Assembly: GCA_028023455.1 (NCBI GenBank)
Contig: JAQFVV010000005.1
Location: forward strand, 1,240,001 to 1,304,000
Source: Epiperipatus broadwayi
Taxonomy: Eukaryota; Animalia; Onychophora
Reading direction: 5' to 3'
Length of the DNA: 64,000 nucleotides
The notes under the pieces are model-generated. The model was given only the letters and a program-made list of their open reading frames with translations. It was not told the origin of the DNA and did no database searches. Position numbers and translations under genes: made by a program. The stretch's first letter is position 1, and every line of letters starts with the position of its first letter. Shown piece after piece: positions 40,914 through 55,513 of this stretch.

Positions 40914-40983
40914 GTATGATAATGAATATGGATACAGCAATAGAGTGATCGACTTGATTAGTTACGTCCACAAAAAAGGCTAA
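40914..40983 (+). CDS. GAPDH: Terminal coding exon of glyceraldehyde-3-phosphate dehydrogenase: (W)YDNEYGYSNRVIDLISYVHKKG*
   Basis: A pyrimidine-rich acceptor (ttttttatgtttgtttgtttag) precedes an exon translating to the conserved GAPDH C-terminal motif WYDNEYGYSNRVIDL. The intron splits the Trp codon (TG|G), the same position as the last intron of vertebrate GAPDH. Stop TAA at 40981-40983; AATAAA at 41040-41045. Confidence 0.93.
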
Positions 40984-41039
40984 ATCTGCACATTAAATCT
41001 TTGAAGATGTTGATGTTAGAAATTCAGCTGCCATATAAA

Positions 41040-41045
41040 AATAAA
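41040..41045 (+). promoter_or_regulatory. Putative polyadenylation signal of GAPDH
   Basis: AATAAA 57 nt after the GAPDH stop codon. Confidence 0.6.
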
Positions 41046-41721
41046 CATTATAGTTTCTAGTTTACTTATAGTCCTTCCAATTCTACTTCAAGTCAAATCT
41101 AAATTTTAATTCATTCCAAAAGTTTACAGGCTTCAAAATTGATTTTAAGTATCATTTTATATTTTAAACCTAGGCAATTTTTTCTTCTAGGCTAATCAGC
41201 CGCTCCATGGCGTCATTGTTGTTTGTATCTTTTCCGGAGTGGAGTGCGATTTGTTTTTGTGTGAACTGTTGGAATAAATATTGGTTTAAAAAAATAATAA
41301 TAATAAAATTGTTGACTGATTAATTTTGATAGTTCATTTATTATTACCAAAAATAATTTATAGTAAGATGGTTCAAAGTTATTCCAGACATTTTAAATTT
41401 ATAATAAGAATGAAAATATAAAATATGCATTTTTCAACCATTCTCCAAAATTCAAAAGACAACCTTTCCCATTTTATTTGCAAGCACTTCTCAAGCTTTT
41501 CTATTGTTTTCAGTTAAGGATAAATTTATTTTTTTATATCAAATGGATTGAAGTTTAGGATATATCATGAAATATCTTGATAGTCACATGGTTTTTAATT
41601 TTATTGATAAGTTATAAAAAGCTGTTATAAGATAGTAATTATTTTAACACATTTAAATAATATTCTTAATAAAATCTGAAATAGGGTAATGACTTTTGAA
41701 CCATTCCCTAAATTTCATATA

Positions 41722-42685
41722 CACCTGGGTCTCGTTTTACACGATAGATAGATTCCTCAGAAAACACGTGCAAACGAAATCGCGCAAAAATAGACATAAC
41801 TTACCTGAAAAAAAGGGAGATGCGGACTGTGATTTTTCAAAAATCTTGTAAAAGCAAAGTACCAATGTAAAATTACTTTAAAATTTGCACAAAAAAAATT
41901 AGGAAATAAAATATGACTAATAAAAAATTTCAAATTTGAAAAAAATTGATACAAGACAAACTTTTTTTAACTATAATATTTAATTTTATTCAAAACAATA
42001 TATTTTTATGCATAATTTACAGTAATTTACATGTTTTTATATACGTTTTAATTATTATCGTTATTTGCCGACGAACAGGTTCGTTTGCAAACTGGTAAAA
42101 AATCAGATTCTGCACAAGATGAAATACAACTAGCGCCAATTCACTCTCATGTTGTGTTAATGGTTTTCTGGTGACAATGTAATTAGTAATTAATCTAACA
42201 ACTAAAAATTAAATTCTTATTTTTGTCTTTAATTTTTTAATTTTCAAATTTAATTGTGCCCACTGTTATTACTCACCTTTTAAAAATAAACTTGCGGACA
42301 CTAAATGATTAATAATTGATTACATTCTTTTTTAAAAAGCAAAAACAGAATGTGATTAAAAATGCAAAATTAACATGCGCAATGTTTGAACAAATTTACA
42401 TTATAATCTTGTAAAATTTAATGTGTGTATACATAAAATGTGGAAATCATGATTTTAATTTCATTATTGCATAAAATCTTACTATTATAAAGCACTGAAA
42501 ATATTGAAATTACTATGATGAAAGTCGAATTCCAATAATGTGCTATTACTTTCAATATGACGTAAGTGCGCGAAATTTATTATTTAAAGTAATAGTGCAT
42601 TATCGAAGTTCGACTTCCGGAGAAATGTGAATCGCGTAACTTCAAAATCGTGTTAAATAAATCAGCATAAAAAGAGACCCAGGTG
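41722..42685. mobile_element. Tc1/mariner-pogo-type non-autonomous element
   Basis: TA-CACCTGGGTCTCgTTTT ... AAAAGAGACCCAGGTG-TA: TIRs with TA target duplication; CpG-rich interior. Confidence 0.88.
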
Positions 42686-42805
42686 TAATCATAAATTTGA
42701 GTTGCATGATAAATTAATATGTAAAAAAACATTTTTTTAAATAATGCTTTTATGGAAATAGCTGATTAAAAAGTACAAAGTAATTTGCCTCTTGGTTAAT
42801 TTGCA

Positions 42806-43015
42806 GTTCTTGGAAAAATCAGATCTTAAGAATTTATATTTGTTATAAACAATTGGAAATTGCAGGAATGTTGTCATTTTGTAAAAGTATTTGAGGCCTT
42901 TTTGATTTTATGATTCATTTGAGTTCAAAGGCTTTTATGAAATGACAATATTCCTGTAATTTCCAATTGTTTTATAACAAGTCTAAATTCTAAGATCTTT
43001 GATATTTTCCAAGAA
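42806..43015. repeat. Long imperfect inverted repeat (~75-bp arms)
   Basis: gttcttggaaaaatc..ttgttataaacaattggaaattgcaggaatgttgtcattt / aaatgacaatattcctgtaatttccaattgtttataacaa..ttttccaagaac. Confidence 0.9.
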
Positions 43016-43050
43016 CGGCAGCCAAGAGGTATTGTTTTGTTATTTTATAC

Positions 43051-43527
43051 CAGTGGACTTCAACCACTGGGCCACGGACCGGCACCGGGCTGCAGAAGTT
43101 TTTTGTTGGTTCATGCTAGACTGGCAAAAAAGTTTGTGATAACAAAGTAATAAGATTTTAAACTTTTAATTAATATAAACAATTTTTATTTATTTTTTCA
43201 TCGCACTTTTACTTGATTAAAAAAAAAGAAACGGAACAAAAACAAACTCTAATCAATCATACATAAATTAATTTGTTTTTCTAGTTATCACAGATGTTTA
43301 TGGGGGGGGGGGGGTAGAATTAAATTTTTTATTACTTTTCTAAAAAAATTCAAAATTAAAAAAAAAAAAGTTTTTTATTATACAAACTCCAGATATATAT
43401 ATGACTTCATCTAAGGCTAAGCTGTTTACATCTTTAAGAAAATTTATCTATAGCCTTCTGCTAGTCCGCACGAAACATTATCCTTATTTTTACCAGTCCG
43501 CAGGTGTGAAAAGGTTGAAGACCACTG
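43051..43527. mobile_element. hAT MITE
   Basis: TIRs CAGTGGACTTCAACC / GGTTGAAGACCACTG; perfect 8-bp TSD ttttatac on both sides. Confidence 0.93.
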
Positions 43528-44861
43528 TTTTATACTTTTTAGTCAGCTTTATTTTTAAAAAAATATTTTTACATATTATTTTTTTACTTTTTAGTTGTAT
43601 TACATATTTTAAAAAATGGTTAAAACTACAAAAAAAGTTTGACAATAATTATAACTTAATAATAAGATGTGAAAATAAAAAAACAATAATTATAATTTAA
43701 TAATATGTGAAAATAAAAAATACGCCTTCTAACAAATGAATTCTAAATTTGAATATCATGTGATCATATACTATATAAAAATATTTATTCATTGGCTTTT
43801 CTAATTAATTCTATAACCTTTTTTTACAATCCCCCCCACAAAATATTTATGAAATGTTAATTATTGCAGAAGAAGAATTCAGATATTAGTAGAAAATAAT
43901 TCTTTTTAATTAATTAAGTATGAGTTAAATGAAAATATTAACAATTTTACTCTACAAATACATTATTTCCATTGGCCCAGTTACTAAGGATTTTTTCTGG
44001 AAAATGTAAATATGTGAGTTTAAGTTCTAAAAGGGAATACTTTTTTTTTTTTTGTGATTGTTAAAAATTGAAAAACGTGGCTATCATGATAGAAACACAA
44101 GGCGAGTTAATATAAAAACATTTAAATAGGGTATGTATATATATGCTTAATATAAATTGGGTGGAATGAGAGCACAATACTGGGATGTGTGAATATAGAG
44201 GAATGTACAAACTTAGGTAATGCTGATTGTCACCAGTTTAGTCCATTCTTATAAAATTTCCATGAGAATTTTCTAAGACAAGTATCCATTTTGTTCCGGT
44301 TTTTTTAATCATTTATGGGTCTAAAAAAGATATTGATTTTTTAAAGTTAATCTGCTTGCATAGGTATATTAGGTTGACATTGCAATATCAAGTTTATATT
44401 TTAATAATTGGCTTTATAAATTAACTGTTGAAACATTTGGCTTTTTGAGAAAAAGAGATAAATGTGAATACCAAGTATTATATAAATTAAACTTACTTGG
44501 ATTTAAAATTTTAGATTTGTATACTTGAAACTATATTATTGAATAGATATATAAAAGAAGGCTAATCAGTCTTAAGCTGATCATACTGCCACTTTATGGC
44601 TGTTAAATTGACTTAGGCTTCTTGATTGCAGAGACAGATGTCACTGCTGTCCAATTAAGCAAAAGGTAGGAAAGTTTTATGGTAATTATGTTGATATTTA
44701 TAAACTTCCATGATTATAAAGTTTAAATACTTCTGATGTTTTGTCATTATTATTAGATGCTGTGAAATCTGTATCTAGAGTTGTCTATGATATAAATTGC
44801 ATTTTCTGTTGACATAACTGTGATAAACAACATTATGCTACATCTCTGATTGCTAATATAG

Positions 44862-44894
<33 letters not shown>

Positions 44895-45499
44895 CATTAA
44901 AAACAAATAAATAGAATTAAAGTAATAAAACATTAAGAACAAATAAAGAGAATAAAGCACAGTAAAATAGGAGGAGGACAAGTTCCAGTAAAAGATATTA
45001 TTTTTATTATGAAATTTTTTTATTGGGGGGGGGGGGGATCAGTAAAGATCTCAGTATAAGAGATATAATCAATAGATGAAGAAAACTTATCTAATTATAG
45101 CATCAAGTTTGCCAAGCATGTAATCATTATTTATAAAATGTCAGCAATAACTAGTAAGTGAAATTAATTATACAGGCATTTGCCTTAAGCAATAAATAGA
45201 TCATTGTATTGCCCAAAATCATTATATATGCTTTCAGAATTATGTTTTTTGTCTAAATGCAGATGTAGTTTGTGGTTGCGATTGAAAAATTTCAGCACAG
45301 AAGCATTGAAATACAATGGAGAAATCAAAAACAGAATTACTAAAATACTACTTGTTAAACCAATGAGACATCAGATTTTGTAATATAGAAAAAAGTGCAG
45401 CAGGATAGTTTGGGGTAAATCAAATATTACGTTCGGATGCAATAGAGTATAATAAGAATTTGTAAAATCACCTTCGAAAGTAATTGCTCACTGACTAAT

Positions 45500-45800
45500 T
45501 CAAAAGAAATGGAAACCTTCTTGCTGTTGCTTTTTCCAAATATAGAAAACATGCATAAATGGGTATAGATGTATTAATCTTAAGTGACTACTGTTATTAT
45601 AATCTGATGTCCCAGTAGGGCCTATTCCACTTAATATATTGAAACGTCTTATAATTTGCCCATAAATATGGGTAGATATGAATCGGTGAAGCATGATTTA
45701 AATTGGTGTAAACCAACAAGGTCCACAACCATGATAGTCCATAAAATTTGCATCACATTTCAACTCTGCACTAATAGACACAGCAAATACATAATTCACA
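45500..45800 (-). mobile_element. Tc1/mariner transposase remnant
   Basis: FMDYHGCGPCWFT resembles the Tc1 motif WGC...YHGVGPLV, followed by decayed QDNA..H-like and SPDLNPIE-like regions. Confidence 0.4.
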
Positions 45801-45939
45801 TTGAATTCAATACTTGTTTCATGGAGAAATAAGAAATCTGACAAATTCCAAGATTGTGTTGAGAATCTCCAGATTATGGATGCCAGATGCCATTGGTTTA
45901 TAATTTTTTATTAGGTACTTACAACTGCAAATCACTTTC

Positions 45940-46330
45940 ATATAAAGGAAGATTGCATGAATTGGAATAATTTTCTAATATTAAATGGGGTATTTTTGAA
46001 CTTTGTGAAGTTAGAGAAAACTGCGAAGAGATAATTGATTTTTAAAAATGGACACATACTTTACTACAAAGGCTACAAATATTGGAAGCACAAATGGAGT
46101 GGATTTTATTATAAAATAGTGGAAGAATAATACTGAGGAGATTGATAGTGCATCAGATAGACTGGCAAGATTAAATTATGCAATTTAATGGGAAATGCAG
46201 ATAATTCAGATTTATGTTCCAATAAGTTCTTATTGTAATAAAAAAAGTAGAGGATGATTATATGGGCGTACAAAAGACTATCAGACCAAAATTTTCGTAT
46301 GAATTTAATACTAGAATGGGGAAGCGACTG
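45940..46330 (+). mobile_element. Degraded RTE apurinic endonuclease fragment
   Basis: Remnants KHKWSGFYYK and MQIIQIYVPI resemble the RTE APE motifs GVGF and IIQVYAPT. Confidence 0.55.
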
Positions 46331-49300
46331 GTTTTTAGTATTTAGATACTTGCAATTGTCTTCTGTAACTATTCATATTCAAATTTAAAAGCAATCTAAA
46401 CACTCATATTTCCAGTATGCACATTAAAAATACATTTACTAGAAAGCAAGTTTTAATTATAAACAATTGAGAAATTAAAATAACCATCCTTCATTTTGTG
46501 TTTTTCTATTTTAATATAACAATCCTCTAGTAAATTAATCATGAAATTTAATGAAAGATATATTTTAAAAATATACTGACATCTATTGTGCATCACTGAA
46601 AACTTACTGAATGAATTTTGATGCAGTTTGAAATATGGTCCACTATATTAAATGATATTTTATAAAAGTAATTAAAAATAATTTTTATTAAATTAATCGC
46701 ATTGTTAATATAAAGAATAATTCTCTTTTTAGATAAAATAGCAATCAATATCGCTAACCCAGAAATATTATATTTTATCGATCTAACATTCAAAATTTGA
46801 AGAAAATCTTTTCGATAGAAGTATATTAAAAATCAGTTGTAAGATTTGACCCAAACAATCGAAATTTCTAAATTAAATAAAAGCAATTAAAGGCAATTTG
46901 CAGACTTTTGATTCAAATCCTCTTTAATTACAGCTAGCTTAAGTATATGTCCTATACTGTACCAGTCAAAACACATTGATCCATCTAACACGAGCTGGAA
47001 CTCAAAAATATACTGCAAATCCGTCAAGCCTGAGATTTAGGTCAGGGACCAACCTGGAGTTGAACCCACTCCCTAAGGCCCAGATCAAACACCTAATGAA
47101 TAACATAATGACAAGAATTCTAAAATTCGGCCCACTAGCAGAGTGGAAAACACAATGAGACATATATTAACTACATTATGACTTAACTAAATAAGCATAT
47201 ACATGGTTGTATGTGTGAAAGTGGAGAAAAAGGAATTCGAACTACTCAAACAAGTTAGACAAAAAAATAGTTTAATATAATGAATTAATTATATACATTG
47301 ATGTTTGCATGAATGAGCGGTTTATCAAACAATTATATATTGGGATTTATGCTGACAATTCTAATATGCTTTTATTAACTAAATTGTATATATACATTAA
47401 CACATCTTTGGTGGGTAAGATATTAAGATGCCAATCATTTATTAAAATGATTGCATAATATTGCTATTAGCATTTTGGTTTATGGTTCTGAAACACGGTG
47501 ACTAACATTATTTCGGGGAGTGTTCTGGGATTGATTACATATATAAGATAAATTATTTTCACACCATTGTGGTTGTGAAAATAAAATACATTTGGAAAAT
47601 TATATTTGATTTTATGACAAAATATTGAAAATTCTTTTCATTAACATTTAAAAGACAATGCTTGATTTTCCCCAAGGCAGATAGATACTGAAATACAGAA
47701 ATAATAAATTACGACGGTGATATTGTATAATAAGACTGAAATAACATTAATTAATAAAACTAATGATACTTAGCATTTGATATATATATTTGAGCAGAGT
47801 GCAAATTTAATATTACATCATTAAAACTAGGTCATAAAGTAAAAGAAATATTCTAAGAAGTGATGCTACTGACATAATGGCAAAGAAATCAAAGTAAGGT
47901 GCTTCTGGACAAAATGAAATCTAAGACCCCCTTAGGGCAGTACTTAGAGAAAAGTAGTTAGGTATGGCGTGGACATCACCAACATGCAGAGACCTTTTAT
48001 ATGAATATGGTCCCAGGAAGCTCAACTGTCTACAGGACAACATGAGAAGAAATCCGTGGGTTCGATCTTGTCGCAACCCCCAGATTAGAAGTGCATAAAT
48101 AAATTCACGAAGATAAGCTGAATGTAGTAACGCAGTATGGATAAATGTCACTAACGACATCGAATAAAATTTACTGCTTTAAAAATAAATGACCCCTTGT
48201 TTTAATGCTATAACTTATACAAATAATATGCTATGCCACTATAATATATATAAAGAGATTTCCTTTAATAAAATAAATACATTAAGATTTTACCCCCTCC
48301 CTTTTCTGCTATTTAAAATAATTCAATCCCATCTTTGTGGAATTTGATAATAACTAGAATATTTAAACATTTGGTATTTTAAGAGTATAAAAAATAAAAA
48401 GTTGTGAAGAAAACAATAGGTCACCCTTTCAGAACTTAATAAATAATATTTTAACATTTCAAAGCACTAATTAGCTTGAGTGGTGGATTTATCCCATGTA
48501 GAATTACTTTATTCTACTTGGAGTTGAACAAATAATTTTTATAATAAACCAACATAAAATGTTGATTCATAAAAATCTGGCAAGTGTATTAATTAATCAT
48601 AATTATATTTTGAGGGGATGTTAATAACCTTAATTTGTGGAGGTTTACGTAAAAGAGGAAAGATTTTAGAAAATTCAATTTGCTTGAGATTGGCATATTA
48701 ATAATAAACAAATTATGAAATCAACTAATAAATAAATGACTGCACCAAAGTTAAAGAAAGTTAGAGCATATATGATAGGATTAGATTTTAAAAATCATTT
48801 GAGAGCAATTTGCATTTTATGTATTAGACAAAGTTAAATGATACATTAGGAAAAGTTTTGATAATAGGGTTTGTGATTAGTTAGACTAGATTTACTTTCA
48901 GGTGGCGGCTTGAAAATAATTTACCTTGCACCATTTTAAGAGTCCATTTTCAAAGTCTGGCTTGTGCACAGCATTTAAGGATTCATGCGAGTTCTTATGT
49001 GACAGCAAACTTCTGATCAGTATTCCAAAGTTCTTTGGTTGGGCTTTTACTTCATTCTTAGGCAGCAGAAAATGATCTCCATGGGTCGGGAAAGGTGATG
49101 GGCTTTCTACATGATTATCATTTTTAAATTTCAAAGAAGCATAGATTCTATTAACAGCACAGTTCTCTCAATAGTAGCTATCTCTTTGGTGTTTAAAATC
49201 AGCCCATTTTATATCGTGCTCAGGTATTTATGGAATGCTTTTAATTTTCTATTTCTAGCTCAAACTAATCTCTGATCTAACAAAAACATTTTCTTTGTCC

Positions 49301-49859
49301 ATTGTTCTTGAAGATACAATTGTTAGACAATGTTAAAAAAAATATTCAAATCTATTTCCAGATTGGAAATAGATTTGACAAAAATGTTTATAACAAAAGT
49401 AAAATCTATTAATCTTATTCCCCACTTTATTTCAGTCAAACTTTAATTAAAAATTCCTTCCCAAGATTAAAACAATATTATATTTCTACCCCTTTAATTA
49501 TTTTTGGACAATTAATGGTTGCATCTGCCATCATGAATTTGACAAAAATATTCAATTTAATAGAAAAAAAACAATTTAAAAAAAAAGTTTTATAAATGAC
49601 ACATAATAAACTATAAAATTAATATTTTGTTAGTATGTTTGCTCCTGTAATATATATATATATCTGAGCCGCACCTATGTATTTTAATGAGAAGAAGAAA
49701 AAATAATAATTAAAAAATATTGAAAAGCTAAAATTTATAATTTTTAGGTGCTAAAGGAGCAGGATGGGATGTAAGGTTTGAATATAGGTTAGTAGATGGA
49801 ATAATGAAACTCAATCTTGGGCTAAGATTGACTGCTACAATACTTGTATTTCAATATTA

Positions 49860-50100
49860 TATATTCTGTCCATTAAATGAAGCCTGTTCATTAAAGTGTA
49901 GATTTGCTATCTTAATATAAACCAAGCACTGATTATGTGTGTGGGAGATGGTGATCCAGACCAACTGATGACTACTGGTTCAGCTTGAAATACATATATT
50001 GGAGATCAATGCTTTTTCACATATATAGGGTTGTGTATGTCGGTTATATTGGATAGAGTGGATGATTGTAAGGAACTTGAAAATCTGGATTCAAATTCCC
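49860..50100 (+). mobile_element. Hammerhead-bearing repeat, copy F
   Basis: Shared blocks gaagcctgttcattaaagtgtagatttgctatcttaatataaaccaagcactgatt, the HHR, and ...gaaaatctggattcaaattccc. Confidence 0.85.
49960..50003 (+). ncRNA. Hammerhead motif (copy F, stem II decayed)
   Basis: accaa-CTGATGA-ctactggttcagctt-GAAA-t-acat-ATA-ttgga. Confidence 0.7.
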
Positions 50101-52199
50101 TTTAATTACATCTACCTTAAGTATATATACTATACTTATAGTTCAATAAAAGTAATTAAAAATAATTTTTATTAAATTAATAGCATTGTTAATATAAAGA
50201 ATAATCAATTCTCTAAAAGAATTGTTTATTCACTCTTGATTTTTTTTTTTTTTAATGAAACAAGTGTATTCTAATAGAAATATAAACAAAAATGCTCAAG
50301 GAGTCTTGCTGTTAAAAAATGAAGTGGCAAAATAAGAAGTTTCTTGAATGCCATTAAAAAAATAAACTAAAATGTTATTGTTGATGCATTGGTAATAGAC
50401 TGCGGACATTTTTTTTCTTCTAAAAATTTATAGAATGAAGAGACGTTCTTTGTTACCGTATAGGTATAAACAATTAAAATCATGTATATACACAATGATA
50501 TTTATCTAAAAACTTAATATTAGTCATAAAATAGTTGTAAAGAAAGTAATAAATATATTTTACTGAATCAAAAGCTTATAAGAAGATTTTAAGTATATAT
50601 AAGCAATGCTACCCCCCCCCCCCCATATATAAATAATTGGTGAATATATTTAATTTATTAAGAATAAACAATATTTACAATTAATAATATATGCACATTT
50701 TCATAATTCCTTAAATTTTTTTTAGTTGATAGAATTTTTCTAAAAGCACTCCATACAGGTAACAGTATGGTTGGCCTCAGGTACCAAAATTTTTGGCACA
50801 GTATAGGATTCTAACCAAAAAACGCTAGGAAAACTTTCCATTTACTAACTAATTTTTATAAATACGAAAACCATTTATTACTAAAACATGATACCATGCA
50901 GTTTAATGCAATAATAAAATGACAAACTTGATAAATCCCTATTCAATGAATGAATAAAAAGTACGATAATAAACCCTTTTTTTCAGGTCCATTTACTATT
51001 GATGGTAATGTAAACCTGTATGCTAAGTGGTTTTGTTATATCATGACATTTTTAATTGCTTACATATATATACTTTCTCAAGCTTTCAAACAGCTTGATG
51101 AGATTTTGTCTGTGGACAAGATCAATACTTTTTCCAATTGTTTAAAGATGAAGATAGTATCTACATTTTCATGTTAATCAAGTAAAAAATGATAAGATTC
51201 TTTTAATTTGTGCATACTTGTTTTGTGTTCATTTATTTTATCCTATGATAAATCCCTCAAATCAACTAACAGAAATTTGCACTATTTTCTATTAATCATT
51301 GGTTAATTTACATATTTTATTTGAGATGTAATCTTCCCAACTATAAAATAAATATTTAAAAACAGTTATCCTAATGTTTAATAAGTATTATATGTCTACT
51401 ATAGGAAACGTTCAGATGTGGGGTTTTTTTTGTATGACCAACATGCAAATTATTAGCAATGATTGTTAGAAAGGCAGAAGAAAATAATATACCAAATCAA
51501 GGTTAGTTTAAGATTGTCAGCTCAGAAAAAACAAAATTTCTGAGTACAGTTCTGTAATTTTTTTAAAATGACCTATATTAGGTTGGTTTTGTGAAAATAC
51601 TAGTAATAACTTTATGATTCTAATCTAAAGTCACCTATAAATGAATAATCAATGATATCAGTAAAGTCTTATACTATCAGATATTTATTGATTACTCAGA
51701 CTTACAATATATGGTTAAAATGGGGTAAAGCTAATAGCTTATGGAAGCATATAACTGCTGAGAAGTATATAATGTTTTAGTTGGGATTAAGAGAGACTAC
51801 TTTCAATTTGAAGTTGGTTTTTCTAATATGTCACAGGTGAGAAGTATACAATGTTTTTCAATTTGAAAATGTGTTTTTCTAATATGTCACATATAAATAT
51901 CTAATAGTTGTGCAATGCTATAATAAAAACTACACTTCAATAATGGAAAGTATATACTTAATGATATAGTGGCTCTTTATAATTTGCAATGAAACAAAAT
52001 TAAAATGCTATAATAAATTATATTAAGGTGATATTACCATTGATGATGATCAATTATCATTTCTTGGTCCTGCTACTCTATTTACTTATTCAAACTTGCC
52101 TTTAGACATAGATTTATTGTACATATCTGTTACAATGAAAGCATAAGTTTTTAAATATCATTTATATACAAATTTTTACTCTGAATATGTTTTAGATTA

Positions 52200-52440
52200 A
52201 AAAGAAAGTACATGTTATAAACTGGGGAGACAGTCAAAACAATGATAACATTTTCAATTTCCTGGAAAATAAATTTGGCCAAAATGAGGTTATTAGCCCT
52301 GCACAAACTAATCATCTCACTGCACATATAGATCATACTAGCTTGAATGACAATGGATGGGTTTAATTCCATGGTCCCTCCACAACTCCATAGATCATTT
52401 CCACAATAGCAATTCACTAATTTTGGCCATCACCAACCCA
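52200..52440 (-). mobile_element. Tc1/mariner transposase remnant
   Basis: GNDLWSC..HGIKPI...KFIFQE resembles the GGSVMVWGC..HG.GP...FIFQQDN segment. Confidence 0.4.
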
Positions 52441-53769
52441 AATTGTGACCTGTTCAGATTTCTGATAGAATTCTACAGGATTTTAACATTCTAAAAAGTT
52501 ATGAAAATGGTTGACATAAGCACACAAATTACAGCTTCAAAAATCCATAAAATTTCTAGGGAACAAAACCCTAGTTAATATAGACATGAATAGACTCTCC
52601 ATTCTTGCAGGCCAAATCAGAAACTGACTCACTAATTTTAATGAAGCAGATTTACAGAAATTATTGAAACCTTGTGGTTCCATATCCAATTTTAAATATT
52701 TATTGGAGAAAAGGGCATACAATCATCTATACCAATATGGCCACCTTCAATTTAATCCTCAATAAAGGGAAATCTCCAACAGGTATCCCAACCTTTTACC
52801 TTACAGATATCCCACCCCACATTTCATTTCACAGTTTCCCCCTTTGCTGTAGACAAGACATACCTGGTTAGAGATTGTTTCTCTTGGTGTTCATTCTGTA
52901 ATCAGAGAGTCTCATTTCCATTAATTCTATACAAACACTGCATTTGATAATTCAACTACTAACATCCCTGAAGTAACGAACACAAGTGGATCTCACAATC
53001 AACAAAGCCAACACATTCATCCAGACTATCAAAGATAAAAAATCAATCCTTTCCCATTCAGGACTCCCCTTGCCAACCTATGACTCAGATTTGACAGTTG
53101 CAGGAGAGCCTTTGATGTTTAAACCCTCAAAAAAGGAAAATTAAGAAAAATGGAAAAAAATAAAAACAAATTCTACTTTTTCCTCTAAACTGGAAGAGAC
53201 AAAGTTTCTCCGGGCCAGATACCCTGCCTACACATAAGAAAAAAAGATGATATCTGATCCCATATCAAAACCCGATTACAACTTTATCACTCCCAATCAG
53301 ACATGCACCAAAACCAATTGAACCTGAAACACCTCTCTAGACAGAAACACCCAAATCTCCAAAATCACAAATTCCAGATACAACTACACAGACAACAGTC
53401 CAAAAGGGGGATAGAAATGAGTCCTTGTTACCTATCTGCCCTTTCTAGAAATTCTGAAGATGACCATACAACCCACCTCTCCTAACTTCATACAAGCCCC
53501 CAGCCTTCCTCACCTTTAACCGTTTCCTAGAAACAACCAAGGATCGATGTACATGACTTCAAGTCACTTGAAAACTGTCAGTTTTTATGTTACCTTAGTG
53601 TTTTCATGCTTATTTTAAGGCTTAAACAGTACCATAAGATAATGCCCTCTAGAATTATTTTACAAGTAAAAAATCAATAATATTGACATAAAAAGCTACA
53701 ACAATGGAAGAATGCAGGCTTTCCTAAATGCTGATTGGTTGGTTCTCAATTCGAATAAAAGAAGAGTGC

Positions 53770-54150
53770 CTGTCAACAATTTTCATCTCCCCAAGCTTTA
53801 TTTGATTTTCAAACAAAAATGAATGTATTAGAGTATCTTATTGGCATTTTATAATGTATTTTGATAAAATATGCTGAAAATATAATTATTTTTGAAATAG
53901 TAAGATTTTAATAAAAAAATTATTTACTTTCACACGAATGTAAATTGAAAACCAGTGCTAACAACAATTTTGACACCTGTCAACAATTTTCATCATCCCA
54001 AGCTCTATTTGATTTTCAAACAAAAATGAATGTATTAGTTGGCATTTTTTTTGCATATGTATTTTGATAAAATATGCTGAAAATATAATTATTGTAGAAA
54101 AATAGTAAGATTTTAGTAAAAAATTCTTTACTTTTACACAAACGTAAATT
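53770..54150 (+). repeat. Diverged tandem duplication (~200-bp unit)
   Basis: cctgtcaacaattttcatc...tttgattttcaaacaaaaatgaatgtattag...gataaaatatgctgaaaatataatt occurs twice. Confidence 0.85.
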
Positions 54151-55196
54151 GAGGAAGAAATAAATGATGTGCACAGTACTTTCCAATTTGTTATGAACTC
54201 TGTTTTTAGGTTTTCCACTATCGAATATTTTTATAATTTTAAATAGAAATTTATTTTTGAAAAAAAATTTGTTCACTTTCATAATCTGAAAAATTATTAA
54301 TATACTTTTTACAAATGAAACTAAAACAATATTAAAAGATGAATATATTTGTATTGCTGATTTTGTAATTGACCAATCAAAAGTTGTAAAACTTTGATTC
54401 ACTTGGCCAATAAAAAACTGCTCAGTTAAAATTTTTTTTTTAGTTTTGAAAAAGTTAATGAAACAAAATTTTCGGATTTAACATCAGAGGGCTGAACACA
54501 TTAACAACAGCCAATGCAATATCAAATTGGATTACCCAATTCTCTCCCACATATGTTTTTCTGAAACCAAACTGCACCCACTATCAGACCCTAAGATCTC
54601 ATCTTTTCCAGAAATTTGGATACTTTCATGATTCAATTTCTCCTTCAACTTTGGGCATTGCAATATTAATTAATAATAACTCCCTTCAATTTTTTCAAAG
54701 TAAATTTAATGAATCCTCATGTTAATTTTACCACCTTTTTCCATCATGCCTTTAACATCAACATCATTTTTGTTTACTTTTACAAAAACAATTCCCTAAT
54801 ACATTAAATTATTCAACAGATCAACCTTACTCTGGCTGCCAATCCATACCCATCTATCTTCCTTGGCAATTTCAACACCACCTACCGAGAGTGTAACAAT
54901 TTATACACACTAAGCCAGAAATTTATGTGCAGAGGTTTTTTCCTGCAGATGTGTTTTCCTTCTATAGAAAGAAATTCACTTCACTAATAGACCTCCTTTA
55001 CTACCTGGATCTTCATTTCATCATAGACTTCTTTTCAACCCATATCATTCTCTGACCATTTTGCTCTTGCTCAAATTATCTGTATCTAAGCACCCAACCC
55101 ATTACAAAAAGGAACTCAACTACCAGAATTCTTCTGAAGTCATCAGCGCCAGAAGCAGTCCTCTCAGAAGGTTACTTATACTTCAACAAAATTAAT

Positions 55197-55513
55197 ATAT
55201 TCAATCTATCACCTATCATTGCTTGCTTCACCTTTACCAACATCCTTAAATGAATCATTTACACCCAGAGGAAAAAAGGCTTTTCAGGACCTCTCCATGA
55301 TCTAGAGCTAAACATTTTAAAAGATGTGAGGCCTAATCCTAATTCCATAGACTATATATTCAATCTATCACCTATCATTGTTTGCTACACCTTTACCAAC
55401 ATCCTTAAATGAATCATTTACACCCAGAGGAAAAAAGGCTTTTCAGGACCTCTCCATGATCTAGAGCTAAACATTTTAAAAGATGTGAGGTCTAATCCTA
55501 ATTCCATAGACTT
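55197..55513 (+). repeat. Near-perfect tandem duplication (~160-bp unit) inside the L1/Tx1 remnant
   Basis: atattcaatctatcacctatcattg...ctaatcctaattccatagact occurs twice. Confidence 0.93.

Noticed and set aside
48898-49134. 78-aa minus-strand ORF with a good donor (AAG|gtaaat)
   Set aside because: It sits in a longer stop-interrupted segment (to ~49560) that looks like decayed LINE sequence, and no host protein was recognised.
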